Source of the DNA: the human T2T-CHM13v2.0 reference genome, Homo sapiens
DNA: 64,000 bases
Assembly (NCBI RefSeq): GCF_009914755.1
Contig: NC_060936.1
Direction: 5' to 3' (one strand)
Shown piece after piece: positions 1 through 14,263 of this stretch. A model generated the notes under the pieces. That model saw only the letters and a list, made by a program, of their open reading frames with translations, was not told the origin of the DNA and did no database searches. Made by a program: the position numbers and the translations under genes. Positions within the stretch are counted from its first letter, which is position 1; every line of letters begins with the position of its first letter.

Positions 1-139
1 TTTATGACATGAGCAAAATTAACAGTTTATGTATTCTGTGTACTGTGTCTCCCAAGACAAAATATCTTGAAAGAATTTGAAAAAATACATTGTTGGCAAG
101 AAGTGGCTGACATAGTAAAAGTTAAAATCTTCCAAATTA

Positions 140-473
<334 letters not shown>

Positions 474-2679
474 TGGACCAGACTTATCAGGAAAAAGTAT
501 TGATAAGGCCTGAACACTATAAATGTTGATTTCCCATCACTAAATGCATAATAAGTTTGAGTTGACATGTCAATAGGTAAATAAACTCACTTAGAAAGTG
601 ACTCATCTAGAGGGTCCATGGTCATTGTCCTTACACTAAATCATAGCAAGTTTTAGCTGTGGCCAAATACTACTAAAGTTACTCTTCTACTTATGTACTC
701 TTTTCTAAGTAAAACAAAAAGGAATTTTTACTGTATTTTTTTTTGTAGAAGTGGAGTGGGATAGGGAATTGTACAACAGCTCAAGCACAGACCAATTAAT
801 CAAAGCAATTACAAGGCACTTTGCTTCAATCAATAGAATAAAAAGAAGTGGGACAGCTTGTTGTATCAGTCTTTGCTTTTCTCATTTTATTTTTTATCTT
901 CGTTTCTTAGCCTTGCCCATTCTTTTCCCATGCTGCAGGTCTTTTTTGTTTTCCTGTTTTTGTTTGCCTACTTAAGCTTACTTTTATCCAGGCGAACTCA
1001 TGCATACCTGTCTGCATCTCACTATTTCTTTGATATATAGTGTTAGAGAATGGCTGACTCCAGAGGTGAGACAAGTTAAATTAGCAAGTGAATTGTCTGC
1101 TCCTGTGGCATGATGTATTTCTGGGAAAGTCCTCCAGGTGTCTGATCTGTGCACATATTCTGCAGTTGTGCCCTTTATACACACAGTCTGAAAGCATGCA
1201 ATTTCAAACTAACATTTCTCTTGTAAAAGAATACATTCCCATTCATAACACTCATCCACCAATCAAAGTTATTTTCCTTCTGAGATCCACGAAAGTTCAA
1301 AAACTGTTTTGTCATGAGTCTGTCATTACTCTTAAAAATGCCATTGGATACACTGGTGGAAAGTATTTCAAATCAAATCATGGAATAATTCACATAAAAT
1401 AGCAGCTGTTTTTGAGTCACTTCACAATACTATGTAATGGTCTTTGATAACATTCTAATTATTTGTTATGACTGCTTTGATGTAGCATTTATAGGAACAC
1501 AAGTTATATTTTTAAAAGCCAGAAGGAAATTAAAAGTAAACAAAAGAATTGCACTCCTGACCAACTTCTTTGCCTTGAGGTTATTATAATTGGGCAGCTG
1601 CTAGATACTGCTAGATATTTTTTCATATTCTTTTAATTCCTTGTTTCTGGGTTCTTTATGGGACATGAACAAAATTACTAGAGTGTTTAAAATAACAAGA
1701 TATAGAGTAAATGTCACTGTTTATTTCTTGGTAGAAATAAAATCAAACAGGCAAAGCAAAACAAATGCTAAGGCATATGAATTATGAAATTACCCTGCAA
1801 CCCTTATTCCTTAAGTTTTATGAATTCATAATTTATTTTTCCTTAGGCACTGTCCTTGCTGAGTGGCTTTAATGTAAATGTCCTTTAATATGGGGACATA
1901 AGTGGGAAAAATAAAAGAAAATCCTAGTAATGGAAGAAATGTGCTCAACTATTTAGTTTCTTTTGCATCAAATCCTTATAAGTGAGAAACACAAAATACG
2001 GGAAGGAGGTCTCACAGTTCTTACAACTTGCATAGAGAAAACACACATAATGGAACAAATTGTTAATTAAAGAAGAAATGTATGGTTACTAATGGCTTGG
2101 GATGATACATGCCTAATACTATTCTGTTTCCTGTTACTACATATGGCTGAAGATAAAAGTTCTTTAAGATTGGATAATCATCCCATTAAACACACTTATT
2201 GAAGTGGGCTTAATGGACAGTTTTAGGCATCTCAGAGAAATGTAAAGTTATTTCTCCCTTGTCTAGTGAAACGGATTTAAAGATAAGGAAACTCTTCACT
2301 TATCTACATTAAGCAAAGAATCAGGACAGGAGAATGGAACTATCTCTAAGAAATCTGGAACTGTAATATTTCTACAGACAGACAAACCAAAGGGAGGGAT
2401 TGTGATTTTCCCAAAGTTGGAGGTGGGGACATATTCCTGGGTCAGAATCACATGATTAGATGCACTAGTAACTAATCCAGGGCACAAGAGGAATGGGTAG
2501 AAGAAATACAGACAGGGAATTGCAGGGATAGGAAGAACAAACCCAAGGTGATCTCCCTGTTCTCTAAACACTCCTTCTAGAGTTTTCATACTTTTATTGT
2601 TGCTGTTTGTACTATAATACCTCTCCCCATTTTTCTTCATATTTTCTCTTGTGTCTGAAATGTCTCCCATCCTTGAAAT

Positions 2680-2899
2680 GCTATGCCTTCAACACTCCCC
2701 CAGCAATATTGTAATTTTAGTAGTGTTAGGTTTTTGTTTTTGTTATTTGCAGGGGACTGTCTTGTGCATTGTAGAATTTTTAGCAGTATCCCTGACCTCT
2801 AACCACCAGACACCAGTAGTAACCTCCTGTCTGCCAAGTTGTGACAACCAAACCATCTCCATACATTGCCGAATGTCACCTAACTGTTGAGAATCACCG
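2680..2899 (-). mobile_element. MER20 hAT-Charlie DNA transposon
   Basis: GGACTGTCTTGTGCATTGTAG...TTGTGACAACCAAA...ACATTGCC...GTTGAGAATCAC matches recalled MER20 antisense. Confidence 0.85.
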
Positions 2900-3103
2900 T
2901 TCTTTAGAATTTACTGCCTTTGGCTTTGATATGTAATTTAATATAAGCTGACATCAATTGAATTCTATAGATATTTATGGATCACTTCCTGAGCTAGTTG
3001 CTGGGGATGCAAAAAGAAATTATAAATAGTGAAATCTATTTTTAACACTGGAGGAGATTATGAAGTACTTTTGCATGTATATACTTAAAGTTTTTAAAGA
3101 AAA

Positions 3104-3205
3104 ATAATAAAGATAACAGACATTTATTGAGCACTTCCTGTGCATTCAAATCTGCCCTAAATGTTTATACATGTACTAACTCATTTAATTGTTATAACAA
3201 CTTAG
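3104..3205 (-). mobile_element. MIR fragment
   Basis: ACATTTATTGAGCACTT...TAACTCATTTAAT..ATAACAAC MIR motifs. Confidence 0.6.
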
Positions 3206-4290
3206 AGGGCGAAACTGTTCATAGTTTATATTTATTGCCCTCCATTCTTTCAGCAGCTAATGCAGTGTTTTGTGTCTCAATGGATAATTTACTGCTTGAT
3301 CTATGGGAAAAGAAGGGATTTATACTTAGAAATTCACTATTTTTTGGCTTCATGTATGTGTGCAAGTATTTTTCTAAAAAAAGAAAAAATTCTTCACCCT
3401 TTTCCCTTTCCTAAAGAATGGCAGCATTTAGCATCACCCTCACAAATATGTGATGGGCTATTTTTAACCTATTTTAAGTTTCTGGAAAGAAAAGCGCTTA
3501 TCAAGAACACCTCATGCTTGTGCTTTTATCCAAACTGAGAAAGTTCTTTATTGGCAATAAAAAAAAAAGTTTCTGCAAACTTGAGTAGTTACAATATCCT
3601 CTCCAATTTCTTTCATCTGTCACATCAAATCAGATTTACTGCTTCTTACATTATGTGTATTTTCCAAAATAGGCATCTCATAACTTTGAAATGAAGAGTA
3701 AGGCACACATTTACAGATGTGCTTAGAATGTAGCCAAGATGTTAGCACTGTGAGAGCTGTAGAGACTGAGGCTGAAATGGAGGCAAGAGGTGTGGACGCA
3801 GTTCCAACTAGCTGCCAGCAGACCTGCTAGACCCAGAGCTGCTGCAGCCTTGAAGCCCTCTCTTATCTGTGCCTACTCAGTGGTCACAGAGAGATAACTG
3901 TGAAGTGGCAGCTGTACTGGGAGAGTGGACAGCTCATAAACCAAGTCAGCACTTTGACTCGTCTCTTTGTTAGTGTTTTGAGACAGGGAAATAAGCTGTG
4001 CAGTGTTAAAATGGGTCCTAATTTTAATTGTCTTGACATTTGCCTAGTAGATACCCTCTTGGGATGTAGGAGGATATTTCTTCCCTGAGCAAGACTGACC
4101 AAAATGTTCTTTCCAAAATGTATACATCAGTGTGTTGATCTTATTTATTTAGCAGGTATCACAGGTGATTCCCATAATAATTTTTAAAATATGGTAGAAC
4201 TGTGTAACGAACCTTATGAGTAACTTCAGAACTATTTCATCTCTTCTCTAACTTACTCTTTACAGAAGACTATGTCAGAGTTAAGCCTTG

Positions 4291-4650
<360 letters not shown>

Positions 4651-5294
4651 CTATTAAGAGATTATATTATTTATGTGTGTGTATAAATGCAATATATGTG
4701 TGTAATATATTATCCATATATGTGTGTATAATATACATATTATATTGTATTATATATTGTATATTATTATATATTAATATATTATATATTAAAATTATCA
4801 AAGTAGCAGCATGCAACTTCAATGTAAAATTCATATATTTATGATGAAAAACTATTAGAAATTGAAAACATCTTTAAGCATAGGCCTGGAAATCAGGCTC
4901 GTCTGGTTTAGAATCCTCTTTTCACTTATGAATTCGCTATTATACTTACGTTTGTTTTGGTCTGAAGAGATAAAAGTAGAGGAAAAGAAAGCGCTTTGGG
5001 CATGATTACACACATTTAATACCTTGGCAACTGGTATTTCTGAATATTCACACAGCCTGCAGCCCCTCCTATCAAATAGAGAAGGAAGGCTGAAATGACA
5101 GAAAAGGGAAATTTTTTTTAGAAAGAAAAGGAAGAATGAAAAGAGCTAAAAGGACCTTTTTAATATGCTTTGAGTTGACACAAAGGAACAGAATGCATAC
5201 CATAGAAACCAGAGGAAAATTTGTCACAGGATATTTGGATATCACATACTCCAGTTACCATGGAATTCATAGAAGGCAGCAAGGGACAGGGAAT

Positions 5295-5900
5295 CTATGA
5301 AGGGATGTTCAACCTCATTAGGAATGGGGACAATTCACATCAAAGCCATAATGACATGACATTTCACATCCAGCTGACTGGCAGGAATGAAAATGTCTAA
5401 CTTCTGATGGAACTGCATAGTGACATAACTGCTTTGGAGTACAATTTGGCAATATCTAATAAAGTTGAAGATGTATGTATTCTTCTCAGCAAGTCTATTC
5501 CTTCTTAAAAGTCCTAAAACAGTGTCTCTCAAGTTCAAATGTGCTTTTGAATCACCTGGGGATCTTGTTCCCATGTGGGTTCTGTTTACAAAGTCTTATT
5601 GAGGCCTGATGCTCTGCATATCTGATGTGGTCCCTGTTGACGCCAATGCTGCTAGTTCATGGACTGTGCACTGATTCACAAAATTTAGAGGAACTTTTGC
5701 TGTGTGTACAAGGAGATGTGTACAAGAAAGTTTATTGCAATACTAATTGTAATAACAAGAAGTTGTAATTACGCATGACCATATTTAACAAGGGTTTGAG
5801 AAAACATATGGGAATAATATACCACCAACTGCAGGATAGTGGTCATCTGTGGAGAATGAGAGAAAGGAATTAGATATAAAGGGATATGCAGGGGACTATA
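5295..5900 (+). mobile_element. Ancient L1M 3' fragment interrupted by MER5
   Basis: Degenerate ACTGCTTTGGAG.ACAATTTGGCAATATCTAATAAAGTTGAAGATG; resumes after the MER5 with AGGAGATGTGTACAAGAA.GTTTATTGCA. Confidence 0.55.
5520..5685. mobile_element. MER5 hAT DNA transposon
   Basis: CAGTGTCTCTCAA...GAATCACCTGGGGATCTTGTT...CTCTGCAT...ATGCTGCTAGTTCATGGAC. Confidence 0.7.
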
Positions 5901-5906
5901 ATTGTA

Positions 5907-5909
<3 letters not shown>

Positions 5910-5951
<42 letters not shown>

Positions 5952-6170
5952 CATGTGTATTGTTTATGGTGTGTGTATGTCTGTGTGTATGTGTAATTAG
6001 CTGGATGGTAAATACATGGATTTTTGATATAGTTTTTTCTTCACCATATAGTATGCCTTAATATTATATATATATATATACACACATATTATACATATAT
6101 ACATATTACATATATACATATTATACATAATTGTATACATATATACACATATATATAATCTATATATGAA
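5910..6170. repeat. (TG)n microsatellite and adjacent TA/CA low-complexity tract
   Basis: Pure TG run at 5910-5948; TATACA-rich tract at 6060-6170. Confidence 0.9.
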
Positions 6171-6676
6171 AGCAGAAAGAGCTTAATTCACCCAAAACAA
6201 TGGTAGTGTGGTATTATAACATTCATTCTTAAATTTATAGTCTATTTTTTAAGCTTTCAGAGCTCTTTAGTACCTATTTTCTATAATCTTTATTTTAATT
6301 ATGTAATGTAGGCAGATGAGAATATCTTTTTTAGAATCATTTTACGAATGAAGAATCTAAAGACTTTGTCCAAATTGACAGAGCTAATAATTCACAGAAA
6401 GGATTTTAATTGGAATTTACTTATCTATAGGTAAGTATATCACTCTCCATTTCCTTTCTTACCAATGATTATCTTCCAGTGATAATAAATATTGCTAAAT
6501 CAATCAATTCCATAGTGCATCTATTAGATAAATACATTTTTAGGGAAAGAAAAGTGGAACTCCAAACACCAACTTCTCCTCCCTTCCTATTTTGTCATAC
6601 TACAGTAGGCAGAGTCATAGAGTTCTTTGGTGTGAGAAGAATGTTTAGCCTCACACAGAATACATGTTGATAACTG

Positions 6677-7176
6677 GTTTTTTAAAAATTATTATTATAC
6701 TTTAAGTTCTGGGGTACATGTGCAGAATGTGCAGGCTTGTTCCATAGGTATACACATGCCATGGTGGTTTGCTGCACCCATCAGCTCATCATCTACAATA
6801 GATATTTCTCCTAATGCTATCTGTCCCCTAGCCCCCCACCCCCGACAGGCCCCGGTGGGTGATGTTCCTCTCCTTGTGTCCATGTGTTCTCATTGTTCAA
6901 CTCCCACTTATGACTGAGAACATGCAGTGTTTGGTTTTCTGTTCTTGTGTTAGTTTGCTGAGAATGATGGTTTCCAGCTTCATCCACGTCCCTGAAAAAG
7001 GCATGAACTCATCATTTTTCATGGCTGCATAGCATTCTATGGTGTATATGTGCCACATTTTCTTTATCCAGTCTATCATTGGTGGCCATTTAGGTTGGTT
7101 CCACGTCTTTGCTATTGTGAACAGTCCCACAATAAACATATGTGTGCATGTGTCTTTATAGTAGAATGATTTATAA
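6677..7176 (-). mobile_element. 5'-truncated L1PA (L1PA7/8-like) 3' end
   Basis: TATACTTTAAGTTCTGGGGTACATGTGCAG...GCCATGGTGGTTTGCTGCACCCATC; ORF 6897-7139 is the ORF2 C-terminus ([16 protein letters not shown]). Confidence 0.93.
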
Positions 7177-8959
7177 CCATTTTATGTTTAAAAATGCCAG
7201 ATCTGGAAGTTGTAGCTCACTCCCGTAACACAATGGCCATGACTCTTGGTTTTTGAAGATCTAAAAATGTGTTTCAATACCAATATGTGGGTCTTTCATC
7301 ATGTCAGAGTCCTTTCCCATGTACTAGCTTTATGGTACTCAGCAAGTTATCTCGACTTTCAGAGCTTCAGTTTCATCATCCATGACATAGGAATTGGAAC
7401 GTCTATTAGTTTTAGGAACATGTAAAGGAACACTCTTAAGATAAAAATTTGTGTAGTGGTAGAAGGTAATTTTAACATAGTGAATAAAGAATAAGATGAA
7501 AAATGCTTCTCTTAGCCTACATTTAACATAGTTATTCAGGAGAGAATTAAAGCCCCAGGTAGAGTTGCTAAATCAACCCTGACTCAAGGTTTTTGTACAG
7601 ATATGTACAATCATGGCATTTAAAAAATGCAATGACTTTTACCTACATTTAAATAATTTCACAAACCATGTGACCCTGTGCTATGATTGTAAGGAGCACA
7701 CATTATTGAGTGTCCAAGGCAAAGTGGAATTAAATTCAGGAAAGAGAGTCTTTTTGTTGAACTGCTATTTCTTTGGATGGAATCTTATTCATTCTCTGTT
7801 AATATACTTAAGTGTTTGCAAAGGTTGGAGGGAAAAAAGAGTGCTTATATTGGAAAGAAATGTTTGCTGGCTGTTTCCACTGTAAATTTCTTTAAATGCA
7901 TTTATCTAAGTGGATACAAAGTGGGGTCAAAGAATGGAAAGTCCTGTTTCATATTGTAGCTGTTAAAAACAACAACAAACAAACAAACAAAAACAGTAAA
8001 TTTTTCCTGGAAGCAGAGGGAAAATTTGTTATGTGCCCCCCAAAAATGGTTTTTAGAATTTGTTTTGAATAATGAAAGTCTCCCAAGTAGAAGATCCCTT
8101 TTGTTTTTCTCTTCTTCCATACAGTTTATGCTCATTGTGAATTATCTGAACCAGACTCTGATAGTATAATCGGCTCCATAAAACAAAGCACATAGGTGAA
8201 ATTCATCTCAGCATTCTCTCACCCATGAGAACAATACAATAGTTGGGTTTTATTCCCTGGTGCATGTCCTATCCAGAATGCTTTAGCAGGTTCATGAGTC
8301 TCTTCTGTATTCTTGACTTCACTTTTATTACTACCCTTCACCACAGAGGACTTCATGTCTTAGTGCACTCGATGGGCCAATTTCTTATAGAACTTGTGAA
8401 GAAGGTTGAGGAAATGGATTGCAAGAGCTCCATCCCTCTTTCCCATTGCAACATTGTTTCTATAAAATTTACAGTATCACCAGATCAGATTTAACTACCT
8501 AATGCAATTTCTTTAATGAAAAAGGTCAATTTAATATCATAATGTGTGTAACTCAAAGGAGAATGATATAAAAATTTGAGCTAACTTGGCTTTCTTAGTG
8601 TCCTAAGCAAGGCATCTATAGGTTGAAATTAATGGGAGGAACCAAAGGAATCCCACATAGAATCTTCTTTTATGCTTACTTGAGTCCCCTGCCATCAGCT
8701 CAACATAAATTCTCTAAGTATATTCTTCTTCAAGTTTCACTTTCTGAAAATTATTCGCAGCTACCACAAAAATTTTGCCACATTCCCAAACAGATATATT
8801 GATTCTCACAACATTTCTGTGGCTCACATTCAGTTTTATAGTGTGAGTCAGGGAACCTCAAGTTTCAGATGAAGGGAAAACAATAGGGGAAGATATACCT
8901 TAATGTCATTTTTAGTTTTCCCATTTGTGAGATGTATGTGCCTGTTGATTGCTTTAACC

Positions 8960-9057
8960 CAAGCATTCGTAAATGTTAGCATGGATCGTAGTCACCAGGG
9001 GTACTTGTTAAAAATACATTTTTCTAAGCCTAACCACAGAGTTTAAGATTCAGTAAG
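8960..9057. mobile_element. MER5 fragment cut off by the THE1 insertion
   Basis: TCACCAGGGGTACTTGTTAAAAATACA...CAGAGTTT..GATTCAGTAAG. Confidence 0.55.
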
Positions 9058-11710
9058 TAATATAGTTTGGCTGTGTCCCTGCCCAAATCTTATAATCTCA
9101 TCTTGAATTCCCACATATTGTGGGAAGGACCTGATGGGAGGTAATTGAATTATCAGATCAGGTCTTTCCTGTGCTGATCTCATGATAGTGAATGAGTCTC
9201 ATGAGATCTGATAGTTCGATAAGATGAAACCAGTTTTGATTGGCTCTCATTGTCTCTTTGCCTGCTGCTATTCATGTAAGACATGACTTCCTCCTCCTTG
9301 CTTTCCACCATGATTGTGAGGCTTCCTGAGCCATGTGGAACTGTAAGTCCAATTAAACCTCTTTCTTTTTTGAATTGCCCAGTCTTGGGTACATCTTTAA
9401 GGGCAGTGTGAAAACAGACTAATACAGTAAATTGGTACCAGTAGAGTGGGGCCCTGCTGAAAAGATACCTGAAAATATAGAAGTGACTTTGGAACTGGGT
9501 AACAGGCAGAAGTTGGAACAGTTTGGAGGGCTCAGAAGACAAGAAAATATGAGAAAGTTTGCAACTCCTAGAGACTTGTTGAATGGCTTTGCCAAAAATG
9601 CTGATAGTGATATAAACAATGAAATCCAGGCTGAGGTGTTCTCAGATAAACATGAGAAACTTGTTTGGAACTGGTGCAAAGGTGATTCTTGTTATGTTTT
9701 AGCAAAGAGACTGGCAGCATTTTGCCCCTGCCCTAGAGATTTGTGGAACTTTGAACTTGAGAGAGGATTTAGCATATCTGGTAGAAGAAATTTCTAAGCA
9801 GCAAAGCATTCAAGAGATGACTTAGGTGCTGTCAAAGGCATTCAGTTTTATAAGGGAAGCAAAGCATAACATTTTGAGAAATTTTCAGTCTGACAATGTG
9901 TTAGAAAAGAAAAACCAATTTTCTGAGAAATTCAAGCTGGCTGCATAAATTTGAGGAGCCAAATCTGAGTCCCCAAGACAATAGGGAAAATGTCTCCAGG
10001 GCATGTCAGAAGTCTTCATGGCAACCCCTCCCATCACAGGCCCAGAGGCCTAAGAGGAAAAAATGGTTACTTGTTCTAGGCCCAGGGTCCCCATGCTGTG
10101 TGCAGCCTGGGGACTTGATGCCCTGCATGCCAGCTGCTCCAGCTGTGGCTAAAAAGGGCACACATAGAGCTCAGTCTGTGGCTTCAGAGGGTATAATCCC
10201 CAAGCCTTGGCAGCTTCTATATGGTTATGAGCCTGTGAGTGCACAGAAGTCAAGAATTGGTGTTTGGGAACCTCTGTCTAAATTTCAGAGGATGTATGGA
10301 AATGCCTGAATGTCCAGGCAGAAGTTTGCTGCAGGGGTGGGGTCCTCATGGAGAACCTCTGCTAGGGTGGTGCAGAAAAGAAATGTGGGGTTGGAGCCCC
10401 CACAGAGAATCCCTACTGGGGCACATGTAAATCCATGTGTGAGGACTTAAACATGGAACTCTAAGTCCAATTAAACCTCTTTCTTTTGTAAATTGCCCAG
10501 AATTGGTTATGTCTTTATCAGCAGCATGAAAACTAATACAGTACATTGGTACCAGTGGAGTGGGGTGCTGCTGAAAAGATACCCAAAGATGTGGAGGCAA
10601 CTTTGGAACTGGACAACAGGAACCTCTGCTAGGGCAGTGCAGAAGGGAAATGTGGGATCAGAGACCCCACACAGAGTCCCTACTGGGGCACCACCTAGTG
10701 GAGCAGTGAGAAGCGGGCCATCATCCTCCAGACCCCAGAATGGTAGATTGACTGATAGCTTGCGCCATGCACCTGGAAAAGCTGCAGACACTCAATGCCA
10801 GCCTGTGAAAGCAGCTGGGAGGGAGGCTATACCCCACAAAGCCACAGGGGCAGAGCTGCCCAAGACCATGGGAACCCACCTCTTGCCTCAGCATTACCTG
10901 GATGTGAGACATGGAGTCAAAGGAGATCATTTTGGAGCTTTGACTGCCCCACTGGATTTTGAACTTGGATGGGGCCTGTAACCCCTTTGTTTTGGCCAAT
11001 TTCCCCCACTTGGAATGGCCGTATTTACTCAATGCCTCTATCCCCCATTGTATCTAGGAAGTAACTAACTTGCTTTTGATTTTATTGGTTCATAGGTGGA
11101 AGGGATTTGCCTTGTCTCGGATGAGACTTTGGATTATGGACTTTTGAGTTAATGCTGAAATGAATTAAGACTTTGGGGGACTGTTGAGAAGGCATGCTTG
11201 TTTTTGAAATTTGAGGACATGAGATTTGGGAGGGGTCAAGTGTGGAATGATATGGTTTAGCTGTGTCCCCACTCAAATCTCATTTTGAATTCCCACATGC
11301 TTTGGGAGGGACCCGGTGGGAGGTAATTGAATTATGGGGCAGGTCCTTCCTGCACTGATCCCATGATAGTGAATGAGTCTCACGAGATCTGATGGTTTGA
11401 TAAGGAGAAACCCATTTTGCTTGGCTCTCATTCTCTCTTTGCCTGCTGCCATATTTCTCATCCTGTTCTCCTGATAATGAGTAAGTCTCATGAGATCTGA
11501 TGGTTATTATTAGGGATAGTTTTCCTGCACAAGCTCTCTTTGCTTGCTGCCATCCATGTAAGACAGGATTTTCTCCTTTTCGCCTTTTGCCATGATTGTG
11601 AGGCTTCCCCAGCCATATGGAACTGTAACTCCAATTAAATCTGCTTTTATTTTTTTAATTCCCCATTTTTGGGTATGTCTTTATCAGCAGTGTGAAAACT
11701 GACTAATACA
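9058..11710 (+). mobile_element. THE1 (ERVL-MaLR) provirus, rearranged: 5' LTR 9058-9426, internal region 9427-11247, 3' LTR 11248-11710
   Basis: LTRs start T(A/G)ATAT(A/G)GTTT.GCTGTGTCCC and end GACTAATACA; internal region starts GTAAATTGGTACCAG and ends in a purine-rich tract before the 3' LTR. Confidence 0.95.
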
Positions 11711-12074
11711 GCTACTTTAATCTAAACTCATCTGCCAAGGGCCGTCTCTGTACTGGTTGAGAACTCACAGATTCTCAGGTTTGAAGTCTAATACCTCAAC
11801 TTATTAGCGATGTCACATGGACCAACTCACTTACCTTTATGTACAAGGTAAGAGGAAATAATAGTATTTTCCATGGAGAATTATTGCAAGGATTAAATGA
11901 GATAATAGGTGTCAAGAACTGAGAACAACGGCTGGAACAATATTGTGTCAAACAACCTAGAGGTAAAATTTGATTCTCAAGAAACAGAGCACTCATCCTG
12001 CCCTTTGAAGTCAGTATGTTCCCATTTTCATGGATTTTTACCCATTCAACCATGAGGACTTTCATCTTTATAAA

Positions 12075-12880
12075 GTCCTTTATAAAGTCACTTTATAAAA
12101 CTATAATACTGGTTTTATATTGGAAAAGATTTCAAGCTTACAAAGTATTACAGAGACTAATATGGAAAAGCATCATGAATGTAGGTTACATGCAGCTTCA
12201 TCAGATCTTTGCATTTGGCCATATTTGTTCAGAGGGAAATTTTCTCCTAGTGTTTATCATTATCATGCATAATTTATCTATTACCATACATGTATAAATA
12301 CATAAATATAATATTGCATTGGTTTGTCTGTTTTTACACCTTTATGTAAATAGTATTATAACTAAATAATATGTATATATTCTCCAATTTGTTACTAACA
12401 ACATACTGTTTTGATATTTATGGATGCCATTAGATATAATCATAAATTATAAAGACAATATAGATTATAAATAATTTATTAATTTTCACATTTCATAAAA
12501 CAGACACAATTTCTTTGCTCTTTTATCGTTTATGGAATTTTACTTTTCCCAATTATTATAATAATGTTGCAATGATCATGCCTTATGCTTTCTTTCTCTC
12601 TGTCCGTGTATATTTAATAGGTGTGTATATGATATGTGTTTGTATGTACACATATGTATATATGTATGTATATGCAAAAGTTCCCTTTGTAAATATACAT
12701 GCTCCTCTGGAAATTGTATATATCAGATTATACCAAATAGATGTATCAACTTATACCAGCAATCTATTAGAGCTTCCATTTCTTCATATTCTTGGCCACA
12801 AGTTGGTATTTTTGTACATTATTATTATTTTTTACCAATCAAATGGGTGTAAAGAGCAGTCTTCTTATTGTAACCTTTTC
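12075..12880 (-). mobile_element. Ancient L1M (L1ME-like) fragment
   Basis: Degenerate antisense L1M 3' motifs (TTTATGTAAATAGTATTATA, ACTTATACCAGCAAT, TTCTTCATATTCTTGGCCA). Confidence 0.5.
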
Positions 12881-14011
12881 AGGTGAATGTGGCAGGAGAA
12901 TTTCAAGTTATGTAATCCTTTTGCTCCTGGATTTAGAATTTATACTAATTACATTAATGGCTATTCTCTGGTTGAGAGAAAAGACATTCCCCTTGATTAA
13001 ATGCATTTGATTTAAAGAATCCTTCTCATAGAAAGAGCCTAGACAGTGGATGGTATTTTTCTGATTGCTCCCACCACAAGTGGTTTAATATATATCATAG
13101 AGTTGATCATCATAGCACACATACAAATAAAGAAGAGGTAGTCTCTATTATGCATAGCTAATAAACTTAAAGGTTGAGGGAATTTACAGAAGTTATCCAT
13201 TGATTAAACTGAGCTAGCAAGTCAGCTAAGATGCTATTCATTTCCTAAGCACCAACGAGGAATTACGAACTATGCCTTTTCTTTTTTCTGGAGGGCACTT
13301 ACTCCAGTTATCCACCTGGCTCAGTCACACATTTTCTCCAAGTCTTTGCTTAAATGTTCTCTTCTCATAAATCTTCCTTGACAACAATCTTCCCATATGT
13401 GTTTGTGTATGTATGTGTGTGCATTTGATAATGTACTCAAGGTTTTTAAATAAAATATTATATATCAACGTATATTTGCAAATATCATCAGAGCAAAATA
13501 TAGTACATTTTTGAAATAAATAATATATTGTCATTTTGTTTATATTCATTTTAGTGGCCTTCAATTTGCAAATTCTTTTTATGCAAGCATTCTCTGGAAT
13601 ATTTCATTTTCTTCACAAGTTGGAATTAACATTAACAAAAGGATCAAAGGGTAGCTGTACACACAGACGTCATATCTTTTCAACTAGAATTTTGGTAACA
13701 CAGAAAAAACAAAGATTATAACAAAAGGAATATAGTGACATATGACTAAAATCACTAAGCTTAAACTGTGCATAAGTAAAACCTGACTTGGTGTAAGGAC
13801 TTAACCTATGGAGAATTCTGGAGCACTAAATAAGACTGAATGGTGCTTTTTGCAGACTTCAACATGAGGTCTTGGACAAATCAGCTAACTTCCAAAGAGT
13901 GCCCAGGTTAGTGAAGTACTAGGGGAAAAAGAAAAAAAAACTCAGAACAAAATATCTTCTAAGTCAATGTAGAGTACTACTAACCAGAAGGAAAGGAAAA
14001 CATATACATTA

Positions 14012-14037
14012 TGTGTGTGTGTGTGTGTGTGTGTGTG
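14012..14037. repeat. (TG)n microsatellite
   Basis: About 13 TG units. Confidence 0.9.
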
Positions 14038-14263
14038 TTTTGTCTTAGAGGTACAAGAATACGATTTTCTTCTCTCATTGCATAGTTCAGAATGCTCCCA
14101 TTTTGGTCTGAGAATTATTATTCTAACATTATGGTTTTTAATATTTTTCCTCTGGCTAATTACCTTGGTAGTCTTAAGGAAGCTCAGGTCCTATTTTGTA
14201 TTCCTGGATGTATTGCCACATGAATAAAAGTTCTCATGCAGTGAAAAAAATGGTAACTAAAAA

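Noticed and set aside
9432-11032. Cluster of ORFs up to 162 aa
   Set aside because: Fragments of decayed THE1 internal sequence; no intact frame.
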